Assembly: GCA_051599415.1 (NCBI GenBank)
Contig: AP039703.1
Location: forward strand, 124,001-188,000
DNA from: Savitreella phatthalungensis
Taxonomy: Eukaryota
DNA length: 64,000 nt
Direction of reading: 5' to 3'
Below, piece after piece: positions 55,125 through 64,000 of the stretch (its first letter is position 1; each line of letters begins with the position of its first letter). The translations under genes were made by a program, and so were the position numbers. The notes beneath the pieces are model-generated. The model made no database searches. It saw only the letters and a program-made list of their open reading frames with translations, and was not told the DNA's origin.

Positions 55125-55165
55125 ACCAAGATGTTCACCACCAACCAAGATGTTCACCACCAACC
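55125..55165. repeat. 19-bp direct tandem duplication (ACCAAGATGTTCACCACCA x2) downstream of RPC1
   Basis: Exact repeat at 55125-55143 and 55144-55162, plus a partial third copy. Confidence 0.9.
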
Positions 55166-55721
55166 TAATGACTATAGAAGCTATTGCCACCACTCTGGAA
55201 GAATGTTTTCACGTGCACTAGCATCAACATATAATTGATATAACAATTGGGACAGAAAGATATAATACTTTTAGTAAAGATTCTATAGAATTCGAGGAGC
55301 AGAACAATGAATTTCTAATGAAAATGGGAAGTCGACCAAGTAGATACATATAAAAATTAAATTATATACAGCACTGCCGAAGAGATCAATCACGTGTGTG
55401 TGCATCCGCGTACGTAGCTACTCTCATATTCTCAATCATCCTCAATCACTCACTCGTTCACTCACTCACTCATACTCTCATCCTCATCCTCATCCTCATC
55501 CTCCCTATCCTCCTACTCTCTCAAGCTATCCCTTATCCTCGACCTACAACGTCTTCTCATCGTCAATTCTCCTCAGAGTTCCCAACACCCACGAGCAATC
55601 ATCACATTCTCAAAGACTCTGCAACGCTTTACTTAACCAAGCCTTCTAAAGCTAATCCACCTACAACATCCTCCCTCATCTCCACTACACTCTCATCAGC
55701 ACTCACGACCAAACAGCAAAC

Positions 55722-56937
55722 ATGACAGACGCATCTTCATCCATCCAAAACGCTCACCAGCAGCAAGCATCCACCACGCTCGCTTCAGCCTCAGGTAACG
55801 ACTCATCTGCACCTGCACCAACCCAACCATCCCCAATCGATGACTCTCATCGTGTCTATATCGCCGGACTGGCCCCAGACACGACCGAGGAGCAGCTCAA
55901 GACCACCTTCTCCTCTGTCGGTACTGTGTAAGTTTCACCTACCATTCCGCTTATCACCCTTGTGCCATGTACCTGACGCTGACTTTCCCTCTAGCATCTC
56001 CGTGTCCGTCCCGAAGAGACGCAACTTTAGGAACCGCCGTAATGCAGGCAAGGCAGAGGGTCAACAGCAGCAGCAGCAGCAAACGCCACAGACTGTCATT
56101 GCCTTTGTTGGTTATGCTACCGAATCGGAGGCCAACAACGCCGTCTCTTCCCTCAACGGTACTGAGGTTGCCGGCCACGAGATTACTGTAGCTATGGCCA
56201 AACCCTTGTCCGAGCGCAAGCCTCGGCCTCTTCGCCAAAAGAAGGTCCGTCAATCCTCCCTCGAATCATCCCTCACTGTGCATCGAAGACTGACACACTA
56301 TACACAGACTGCTCACGAGACACAGGCTGCCGGCGAAGGCCAGGAGACTGCCCGTGACGTGAATCTACCAGGTCAAGCTGACGGTGTCGAAGGTGGAGCT
56401 GCCACGAAGAAATCGTCGAAGCGTGGCCCGCGTGGCAAGAAGACGAACGGCGTGACCAGTGGTGAGAATGTCACGCCAGCAGGGACAGTACCAGACGCAG
56501 GCACAGAAGCAGCAGCTGCAGGATCAGAGACGGCATCGACAAACACGCGTCGTCAACCTCGCGAGCCAAAGCAGCGTGGTCCGCCGGCAGATGGAAAACC
56601 TTCTGAGAAGACGCTGTTCGTGGCAGGCCTGTCGTACGACACCACAGACGAAGAGCTCAAATCCCTGTTTGCAGACTACAACCCACAGACAGCCCATGTC
56701 GCTCTCCGTCCCATCCCAATCTCCATGGTCAAGCGTCTCCAGGCAAAGGGTGAGCGTCGCAAGGGTCGTGGTTTTGGATTCGTGACTTTCCAGGACGTTG
56801 AATCTCAGCAAGCCGCACTCAACGCTCTCAACGGCAAGAAGCTAGACAACGGCAACCGTGAACTCGTCGTCAAGGTTGCCATCGATGCTCCGAAGCCCGC
56901 GTCGACTGAGTCGCCAGCTACCGCCGAGGCTGCCTAG
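55722..56937 (+). CDS. Two-RRM RNA/ssDNA-binding protein (S. pombe Tcg1-like); exons 55722-55927, 55995-56244, 56308-56937
   Basis: RRM1 (RVYIAGL...IAFVGY) is joined across a 67-nt intron (GTAAGT...GCTGAC...TAG). RRM2 reads TLFVAGLSY...ALRPIP...RKGRGFGFVTF...VKVAID. A second, 63-nt intron is at 56245-56307. Confidence 0.85.
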
Positions 56938-57119
56938 ACCTGATCCGACACGAGCTCTATCAGATTCACAAGAATCCGCCTACATCCTCTTCAACCGCTG
57001 GAAAATCTCATCGACTTTGGCATGTGTCGCTCTCAAAGTCGTGGAGTGAGGGAATGGGTCATGATAATGTGTATTTCGTCATACGTGCAAAGGTCGGTCG
57101 GTCAAACGGTCTCAAGTCA

Positions 57120-58271
57120 TCATGAGAACACAGAGTCGCTTGCGTCATCGTCCATATCGTTGCGATCAAACCGTTGACCACGACCATCTCCTAAACCTCG
57201 TCTGTTGACCCTGCCTCGGCCACTGCCCCCGAATCCTGAGATGTCCGGCATCCGTGAACCTCGATCTCCTCCGGAAGGTCCAGCCGCAGTAGCGAGCTTG
57301 CCGTTTGCCTCGAGCACGCCCGCAAATGCCTGTGTCGTGCCTACCATAGCAACAACCCGATCTAGTTCCTTCACGAGCGTGGCGTCTCCGTTTGCCGTTT
57401 CGATGATGGAATCCTTACCACCTGCGGCACCACTGGCGGCAATATCTGCCTGCAGCGATGATAGCAAGGTCACAATGTGCTGAGCTCTTGCAACTACGGA
57501 TGCGTCATACGCGATTGAGCCGTCCTGAATGCCCCGCAGGTACGATGTGATTGTACCGAGGCGTTCCCCTAGACTGCGGACAGCTCCACGTTGAATGGAC
57601 AATGTGTCAACAGCCGAAGCAGCCAGAGCATCAAGTGAGTCCGTTGTAGTCTCATTACCGTCTGTCATCACAGCATCCCCACCAGCCAGCGCTCGAGACA
57701 CAAACGACGACACAGACCCGCTTCCACCACGAGATACGTCCTCTACCGCGATCCGTTCACCCTCGCCAGCACCAACCACCACTTTCAACTCATGCGCATC
57801 TCCAGCGATGTTAGCGAGCTCGTACATCTTCAGCGGCAGGTCGTCCCCTGCATCTTTCAGACTCTCCGGCTCGAATAGCGCCAACACGAGTGGTGTTCGT
57901 CTTCCTGAATTCAGACCATCCGAGAAAAGCGTTTCCAGTACAACTCGCTGGATCTCGACATGATGCTGGCTGGGCATCTGCCCAATAGCGTACAACCCGA
58001 CGACATCGACGTGCTCCAGGACCTCCTTGTACTGCAGCACCCGTTCCTTCATAAACCGCGCATCAGGCAAGCCGTCCGAAGTGACCAACATCTCAATCGT
58101 CGTCTCCACAACCACATCTCCACCAGTCACCGAACCCAGCAGCAACCCAACCACACGAGATACACCCGTCCCACGAGCACTCGCACGAGTGTAGTAGTCA
58201 CTCATGTTCAACAGCGCCAGCGGGTGCAGTGTCACCTCCGACATCCTTGTATCTTCTACAGCGTCGACCAT
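57120..58271 (-). CDS. CSN6: COP9 signalosome subunit 6 (MPN- domain)
   Basis: VTLHPLALLNMSDYYTR, VVGLLLG, QYKEV, GEGERIAV and AVRSL..RL..I..YL; no JAMM motif. Confidence 0.8.
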   Translation of the reverse strand: MVDAVEDTRMSEVTLHPLALLNMSDYYTRASARGTGVSRVVGLLLGSVTGGDVVVETTIEMLVTSDGLPDARFMKERVLQYKEVLEHVDVVGLYAIGQMPSQHHVEIQRVVLETLFSDGLNSGRRTPLVLALFEPESLKDAGDDLPLKMYELANIAGDAHELKVVVGAGEGERIAVEDVSRGGSGSVSSFVSRALAGGDAVMTDGNETTTDSLDALAASAVDTLSIQRGAVRSLGERLGTITSYLRGIQDGSIAYDASVVARAQHIVTLLSSLQADIAASGAAGGKDSIIETANGDATLVKELDRVVAMVGTTQAFAGVLEANGKLATAAGPSGGDRGSRMPDISGFGGSGRGRVNRRGLGDGRGQRFDRNDMDDDASDSVFS

Positions 58272-58594
58272 GAGTCCAGCTAGAAAGAACTACTACAATA
58301 TCAGTGACCTGCTCCCAACTCTCGGCCTTGACCTTGTCTTTGTACTCTGTTGTCCTATACCGTGCTGTCGCGTACACTGAGAAGAAGCCTCAGGTGTGCA
58401 TCATTGACGTAAATCCGTACGGCTCCACCAAAATGACAAAAGTCAGAAGACACACTTCATCAGTCACGCCTGCAACGAGCACATCGACTACAACACACAT
58501 TCGTCCTTTCAAGGTGCCTGGAATAGCTATTGACGTGTGTGTGGGGAGAGAGTGGGAGGGTCTCTTCTGATAGGCGCGCGTGCGCGCTCCGACC

Positions 58595-61500
58595 ATGTCG
58601 TCGATTGACAAGCTAGCCATCAAGGGTATCCGTTCGTTCGACAACAACCAGACAGAGACTATTCAATTCTTCTCGCCTCTCACCCTCATTGTCGGTCACA
58701 ACGGCAGCGGCAAGACAACCATCATCGAATGTCTCAAGTATGTGACCACAGGTCAACTTCCACCAAACTCAAAAGGTGGCGCATTCGTCCATGACCCCAA
58801 AATGTCAGGCGTCAAGGACGTCCAAGCACAGGTCAAGCTCGCATTCGTCAACGTCAATGGCCACAGGATGGTGTGTACGCGGTCGATGCAGGTGACAGTG
58901 AAGAAAAAGGCTGCACCTAGTATGAAGACTCTGGATGGAACATTGACTGTGGTGAAGCACGGTGAGCGGTCGACAATCTCAACGAGAGTTGCGGAGATGG
59001 ATGCGCAGATGCCGCTAAGCCTGGGTGTGTCTCCGGCGATCCTCGAGTACGTCATCTTCTGCCACCAAGAGGACAGTGCTTGGCCGCTGTCGGAACCGTC
59101 TGTGCTCAAGAAGCGGTTCGATGAGATCTTCGAGGCGCTCAAGTACACCAAGGCTCTCGACCAGATCAAGACTGTCCGCAAAGAACAGCTCGCACAAGTC
59201 AAGATCGATACCGTCCAGCTCAGAGCCGACGAGAAGAACAAAGAACGTGCAGAGCGGATCAGGTGCAAGAGTGATGAACTCCTCGAACGCATCAGTACTC
59301 TTAGAACCCGGATCACCTCCCTCGACCAGCAGATGACAGAGGCTACTGCCGAGCAAGACAGGTTGTTTCGCTCAGGACAAGAATTTGAGCGGACAATGGC
59401 AGAGCTCGACAAGTTCCACCACGAACGTAAGGTTCTGCAGGATAACTTGCGAGAGACTGCACGAGATGTGGAGGAGTACGATGAGGACGAGGAAGCGCTG
59501 GTGGCCATGCAGGCGGACTACGTCAGGAACGTCGCTCGATACGCCGGCAGAATCGAAGCTGCAAAAGTCAACAGGCAGGAGCTCCAGCAAACACTCGTCA
59601 CCCAACGCCGTCTGCTCGAAGCAGCCATGACAGACGAGGGCAAGCTCCGTGCTGAGGCCGATCAATACGATCGTCAGGTCAATAGACGCATCGAGCTCAT
59701 CAACACTATTGCCAGGCAGCACAACATTCGTGGGTTCGATGTTCCGCAGCTCGACGAGGAACAAGTCCAGGATTTCGATCGCCGGCTAACTACGCTTGTG
59801 CGGAATGCTGCAGGTCGACTTGATACCCTCCGTCGCGACGGTCGAGCCCGAGAAGGTGATCTCAATAATGACCTTCAAGCGCTCCTCACCAAAAAGACCG
59901 AGATCGAGCAGCGCAGGCTCGCCACTCGCCAGCAGGTACGCGATGCGCAATCGAAGCTGGACGAGTTGCAGGTTAACCTGTCCCGCGATGTCGTCGACGC
60001 TGCAGGCATCGCCACTATGGAGGCCGAGATAAAAAGTCTCGACGACCAGATCAACCGCGGCCGCGAAGCCCTGGTCATCCCGAGCAGCGTTCACGGCAGC
60101 ACAATCGCCGACACGCAGACACGCGATCAGCGGACTCGTTTAGTCGAGATCGACTCGCGCGTCGACGAAGTCAATGCCGAGATCCGGAGAGGCCAAGCAC
60201 AGGCTGACACGCGCGCCAAGCTAGGTCTTCTCCAATCAGACCTCAAGCAGCGGACCGATCAGCTGACCTCCCAGCTCTCCCACCATCGAGCCGCCTTCGT
60301 CGAGGCCACCTCCACTGAGCTCAACCTCGACACACTCGATCGCGACATCCGCCAAGCCCAGCATGCTCACAATCTCGCACTTGATGACGCCACGTCAGAG
60401 CACGACACCGTCGCTAAAGAAGTATCTCGTCTCGAGGCCCAGCTCGCCATCACGCGTGACTCTTTCAAGCAGCGACAGGCAGAGCGCTGCGATCTTGAGC
60501 TCAAGGTCCTTGAAGTGTTTGACGCTCTTGACGATGTCGAAGAGCAGTCTCGCCAGCTCGAAGTCGATCTGGAAACGTCGAGGAAGCAGGTCCGCGGCCT
60601 CGAATTTGCTGACGCTTTCTACGCTGCAGCTGGTGACTACGCCCGCAAACAGGGATGCTGTCAGCTCTGCAAGCAGAAATTCCACAAGGACTTCACAGTT
60701 GAAGACTTCCAGCACGAGCTCGAGCGCAACCGCGAGCGTCTCCCAGCCCGGATCAAAGCTGGTCAGGAAAAGATTGGTGACTTCGAGGCAGATATGGCAA
60801 CAGCCAAAGAAGTGTTCCCTCACTATCAGCGCCTGCGTCAGATCGAGGCCGAGATGCCGGCATTACAGACCAGGGTCGTCGCAGATCAGGCAGCGTTGGA
60901 CGAAGCAGCCAAGCGCGAAGAACTCGCCACCAACCATCTGGACAACACAAAGGCCAAGACTCGTGCGCTCCAAAACCTCGATCGCGTAGCATCAGACATG
61001 ATCAGGCTCAAGCGCGAGCAGCTCGATCTTCAGAACAATATCGACAAGCTGCAGGAGCAACTGCGCGCGACAGGCTCGACTCGGTCACTCGACGACATGC
61101 AGACGGAGTTGACAACTCTCCAAACCCAGGCAAAGGACATCAAAAAGATGCTTGACCAATCTGCGGCAGTTCGTGAGCAGGCTCGGCAGGATCTCCAGAT
61201 CCTCGAAGCCAAGCGCCGTGACCTTCAAGTCTCCCAGGCCGAGCTGCAGTCACGCGTTCGCGAACACGCGTCTCTCGAGGCGCGCATCGCAGAGTACAGG
61301 GAGACGATCACCCAAGGAAACGCAACGATGACAGCTGCAGAGTCGGAAGTTGCCTCGCTTGAGCCTGGTCTTCAGTCGAAGCGCGCGGAACTCGATGCCG
61401 CCCGCGATCTACACAACGAGCAGGAAGCGACCGCTCAGCGTGATGCCAACCGTCTTCAGGCCTCACAAAACGCTCTCAATACCGCCACCCAAGACATCAA

Positions 61501-62533
61501 CGCGTACCTGTCAAGTGGCGGTGCTGACGCCTTAGCTCGCTCCCGCACCCACGCACAAACCCTCCGGGATCAATGCACATCCACAGAGAAGCGGATCGAG
61601 GCGATCGCCGAAGACATCGCGGCCGACGAGCGCCGCACAGCAGACGTTCAGAAAACCGAGCGCAACATCAACGACAACCTGCGCCTGCGCAGAATGCGGC
61701 GTGACATCACCATCCTCACTCAAAAAATCGACGCGCTCGACGGACGGAACGCAGAACGGGACCGCGATCGATACCTGTTGGAAACACGGCGGCTAAAAGA
61801 CCGATACTCTCGGCTGACGACTGAGCGGGCTGGTCTGCTGGGTGAGATTACTCAGATGGACCAGCAGCTGCGGGGTCACCAGCAAGAGCTCCAGACTGAG
61901 TTCAAGGACGCGGACGAGATCCACCGTCGGCAGTTCATCAAGGTGAGGACGATGGAGAAGGCGAACGAGGACCTGGAAACTTATGGGAAAGCACTCGACG
62001 CCGCCATCATGAAATACCACGCCCTCAAAATGGACGAGATCAACAAACTGGTAGACGAGCTTTGGAAAGCCACCTACTGCGGCACAGACGTCGACACCAT
62101 CCTCATCCGATCCGAAGGCGATACCCCACCGACCGCGGCAAACAGGTCGTACAACTACCGTGTGTGCATGGTGAAAGGTGACGCTGAGCTGGACATGCGT
62201 GGTCGGTGCAGTGCAGGCCAGAAGGTGCTTGCATCGATCATCATCCGGCTAGCGCTCGCTGAGTGTTTTGGTGGAAGTTGTGGCATCCTAGCGCTCGATG
62301 AACCCACAACCAACCTCGATCGCGATAACGTTCTCTCCCTAGCTCGCTCGTTATCCCACATCATCACCGCCAGGCGCCTTCAACCAAACTTCCAACTCGT
62401 CGTCATCACCCACGACGAGGAATTCCTCAGAATGATGGGCTGCTCAGACTACACAGACTACTACTTCAGAGTCTCCAGAAACGAGTACCAGAAATCAATC
62501 ATCGAGAGACAGCGCGTCTCTACAGTCCTTTAG
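58595..62533 (+). CDS. RAD50: DNA repair ATPase Rad50
   Basis: MSSIDKL.I.GIRSF, Walker A GHNGSGKTT, VIFCHQE, zinc hook CQLC, signature CSAGQK, LDEPTTNLD and VITHD. Confidence 0.98.
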   Translation: MSSIDKLAIKGIRSFDNNQTETIQFFSPLTLIVGHNGSGKTTIIECLKYVTTGQLPPNSKGGAFVHDPKMSGVKDVQAQVKLAFVNVNGHRMVCTRSMQVTVKKKAAPSMKTLDGTLTVVKHGERSTISTRVAEMDAQMPLSLGVSPAILEYVIFCHQEDSAWPLSEPSVLKKRFDEIFEALKYTKALDQIKTVRKEQLAQVKIDTVQLRADEKNKERAERIRCKSDELLERISTLRTRITSLDQQMTEATAEQDRLFRSGQEFERTMAELDKFHHERKVLQDNLRETARDVEEYDEDEEALVAMQADYVRNVARYAGRIEAAKVNRQELQQTLVTQRRLLEAAMTDEGKLRAEADQYDRQVNRRIELINTIARQHNIRGFDVPQLDEEQVQDFDRRLTTLVRNAAGRLDTLRRDGRAREGDLNNDLQALLTKKTEIEQRRLATRQQVRDAQSKLDELQVNLSRDVVDAAGIATMEAEIKSLDDQINRGREALVIPSSVHGSTIADTQTRDQRTRLVEIDSRVDEVNAEIRRGQAQADTRAKLGLLQSDLKQRTDQLTSQLSHHRAAFVEATSTELNLDTLDRDIRQAQHAHNLALDDATSEHDTVAKEVSRLEAQLAITRDSFKQRQAERCDLELKVLEVFDALDDVEEQSRQLEVDLETSRKQVRGLEFADAFYAAAGDYARKQGCCQLCKQKFHKDFTVEDFQHELERNRERLPARIKAGQEKIGDFEADMATAKEVFPHYQRLRQIEAEMPALQTRVVADQAALDEAAKREELATNHLDNTKAKTRALQNLDRVASDMIRLKREQLDLQNNIDKLQEQLRATGSTRSLDDMQTELTTLQTQAKDIKKMLDQSAAVREQARQDLQILEAKRRDLQVSQAELQSRVREHASLEARIAEYRETITQGNATMTAAESEVASLEPGLQSKRAELDAARDLHNEQEATAQRDANRLQASQNALNTATQDINAYLSSGGADALARSRTHAQTLRDQCTSTEKRIEAIAEDIAADERRTADVQKTERNINDNLRLRRMRRDITILTQKIDALDGRNAERDRDRYLLETRRLKDRYSRLTTERAGLLGEITQMDQQLRGHQQELQTEFKDADEIHRRQFIKVRTMEKANEDLETYGKALDAAIMKYHALKMDEINKLVDELWKATYCGTDVDTILIRSEGDTPPTAANRSYNYRVCMVKGDAELDMRGRCSAGQKVLASIIIRLALAECFGGSCGILALDEPTTNLDRDNVLSLARSLSHIITARRLQPNFQLVVITHDEEFLRMMGCSDYTDYYFRVSRNEYQKSIIERQRVSTVL

Positions 62534-62590
62534 CCCCTCCTTATGTATAAACGAACTTAATGACATGATGCATGCTTATCATTACAAAGG

Positions 62591-64000
62591 CTAGGCGAAT
62601 AGTTGGAGTACTTGGTGACGTCGCTTTGTGTTGTTGGTTGAGGTGGGTTGGTCGTCGTTGTCGTTGTTGGTTGGTTTTTTAGGTTTCTTGGAGGTGGTGG
62701 ATCGGTGTCTGAGTCTTGCCTGATTGGCGTGGTAGTTGACTGCTGACGATGCCATTCTCGATGCTAGATGTTTAGCTCCTCGCTGAACGACCACCTCCCC
62801 AACAGTGTTGGTCGCCAGCAGTTGTCGAGCTCGGCCGAGTTGCCCGTACAGCGAGTCTCGGGAGAAACTAGACTCACGTGATAACCCTAAAGAATCCTGC
62901 GAACCAGCAGTCGACGAGGCACGACGAACCAGTGAAGGCACGGTCGGTATAGATCGATCGTCGATCGCCAGTGTCGATCGCCTTCGTAGAGGTGGTGGAG
63001 CGACGTCGAGGTCGTTGTCGTCAAGGGGGTCGTCGTCCTGGGAGTCAGGAATGATGGAGCGAGAGGAAGAGAGTTCGTCGTTGTCGTTGAGGAATGAGAG
63101 GGCTTTGCGGATCTGTTCGCGAGAGTCGAGCTTGTTGGGTTTGGAGGTTGCCGGGAGGCGAGGACGCTTGAATGAGGCGTCGATCGTGGTGGCCGTTCCG
63201 GAGGAGTCCTGATGGTGGAGCAGGGGAAGTGAGGATGGTACTTGGACGTCCTCGTCGTCCACCTGGGTGTCCTCTCGAGGTAGTGTTGGCTCGAGGTCAG
63301 GGAATTCGAGATTGAGGGTGTCATCATCCTGCTGCGTGTCTTCCATAGATGCTTCGGGCTGATTTGGCTGCTGCAGCTGCTGGTCGTCTTCGTCATCGTC
63401 AATGTCGATAAAGGCAATAGGTTTGTCTTGGACGTCGTCCATGGCTGCAACAAAGGCTGCTGTTCGCGGGTTGTCTGCCAGGAGTGTTAGGTTTTGTGAC
63501 TCGAGCATGCGGGCACGCATCTGCTGCTTGCGGATCGCGTATCGACGTCGCTCGTCTTCTTCGTCGTCCGAGTTGTCGTCGTCTAGGAGACCTGCTGCTG
63601 CGGCTGTGCCACGTCGCCGCCGGAGTCCTCCGGACTCGAGGTCTTTCAGTAGTTCGGCAACCAGCTTTTCGTCCTTGTCGAGCTCTGCGCGAGCGATGAG
63701 TGCGCGGACGCGCTCACGCGTCGCGTCGTCGTCTCCATCGACTTCGTCCGCCTCGTCAATCATCGCTCTCAGCTCGGCGAGCTGGGTCGCGTCAGCCCCA
63801 GCATCGTCCTCCGAGTCAGAAGCCCCACCGAGACCAGCATACTCGTCGTCAGATTCCACTGCGCGATCATCGACAAGGGCCTCCCTGGCACGAGCGATCT
63901 CAGCCGCATCTCGCTCGTCTCGCTCCTGTCGCCACTTGCGTGACTGAGGTTTTGGAGGTTCTAGCGCAGAGGCAGCGGTGATTGCCGCGGTTGCTGCCGT
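62591..64000 (-). CDS. MRC1: Mrc1/Claspin replication checkpoint mediator, C-terminal part; runs off the right edge
   Basis: The frame stays open to 64000. DDRAVESDDEYAGLGGASD, DEKLVAELLKDL..GGLRRRR and LADNPRTAAF match the MRC1 domain. Confidence 0.85.
   Translation of the reverse strand, partial: TAATAAITAASALEPPKPQSRKWRQERDERDAAEIARAREALVDDRAVESDDEYAGLGGASDSEDDAGADATQLAELRAMIDEADEVDGDDDATRERVRALIARAELDKDEKLVAELLKDLESGGLRRRRGTAAAAGLLDDDNSDDEEDERRRYAIRKQQMRARMLESQNLTLLADNPRTAAFVAAMDDVQDKPIAFIDIDDDEDDQQLQQPNQPEASMEDTQQDDDTLNLEFPDLEPTLPREDTQVDDEDVQVPSSLPLLHHQDSSGTATTIDASFKRPRLPATSKPNKLDSREQIRKALSFLNDNDELSSSRSIIPDSQDDDPLDDNDLDVAPPPLRRRSTLAIDDRSIPTVPSLVRRASSTAGSQDSLGLSRESSFSRDSLYGQLGRARQLLATNTVGEVVVQRGAKHLASRMASSAVNYHANQARLRHRSTTSKKPKKPTNNDNDDQPTSTNNTKRRHQVLQLFA

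Overview
Gene-dense, intron-poor eukaryotic (fungal, ascomycete) genomic DNA. It is not prokaryotic, and I found no CRISPR array, tRNA, rRNA or transposon that I can support. The S. pombe-like protein sequences, the compact layout, the short 49-69 nt introns with CTRAY branch points, and the retention of complex I (PSST) and CSN6 suggest a non-Schizosaccharomyces Taphrinomycotina yeast-like fungus (inference). About 30 protein genes are recognisable from motifs: a DHA1 MFS transporter (partial), Pab2, Rsp5/Pub1, Ccz1, casein kinase I, Nbl1/Borealin, Shugoshin, Naa10, a family-16 methyltransferase, Nup133, Coq2, a PITH protein, Ecl1, a TPX2-like protein, Med20, NDUFS7, Agx1, an expansin-like protein, Pirh2/RCHY1, Apd1, Nem1, a PhoD phosphatase, Rpc1, a two-RRM protein, Csn6, Rad50 and Mrc1 (partial). 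Five observations stand out. (1) The Pol III largest subunit has GADFDGD instead of the near-invariant catalytic NADFDGD. (2) A perfect SKL* peroxisomal signal lies in frame just behind the AGX1 stop codon. (3) Borealin/Nbl1 and Shugoshin sit head-to-head across a 233-bp promoter carrying MCB and forkhead motifs. (4) There is a TPX2-like gene. (5) Rsp5 is separated from Ccz1 by one stop codon and a fully open in-frame spacer. All identifications are by motif recognition from memory; no database search was run.
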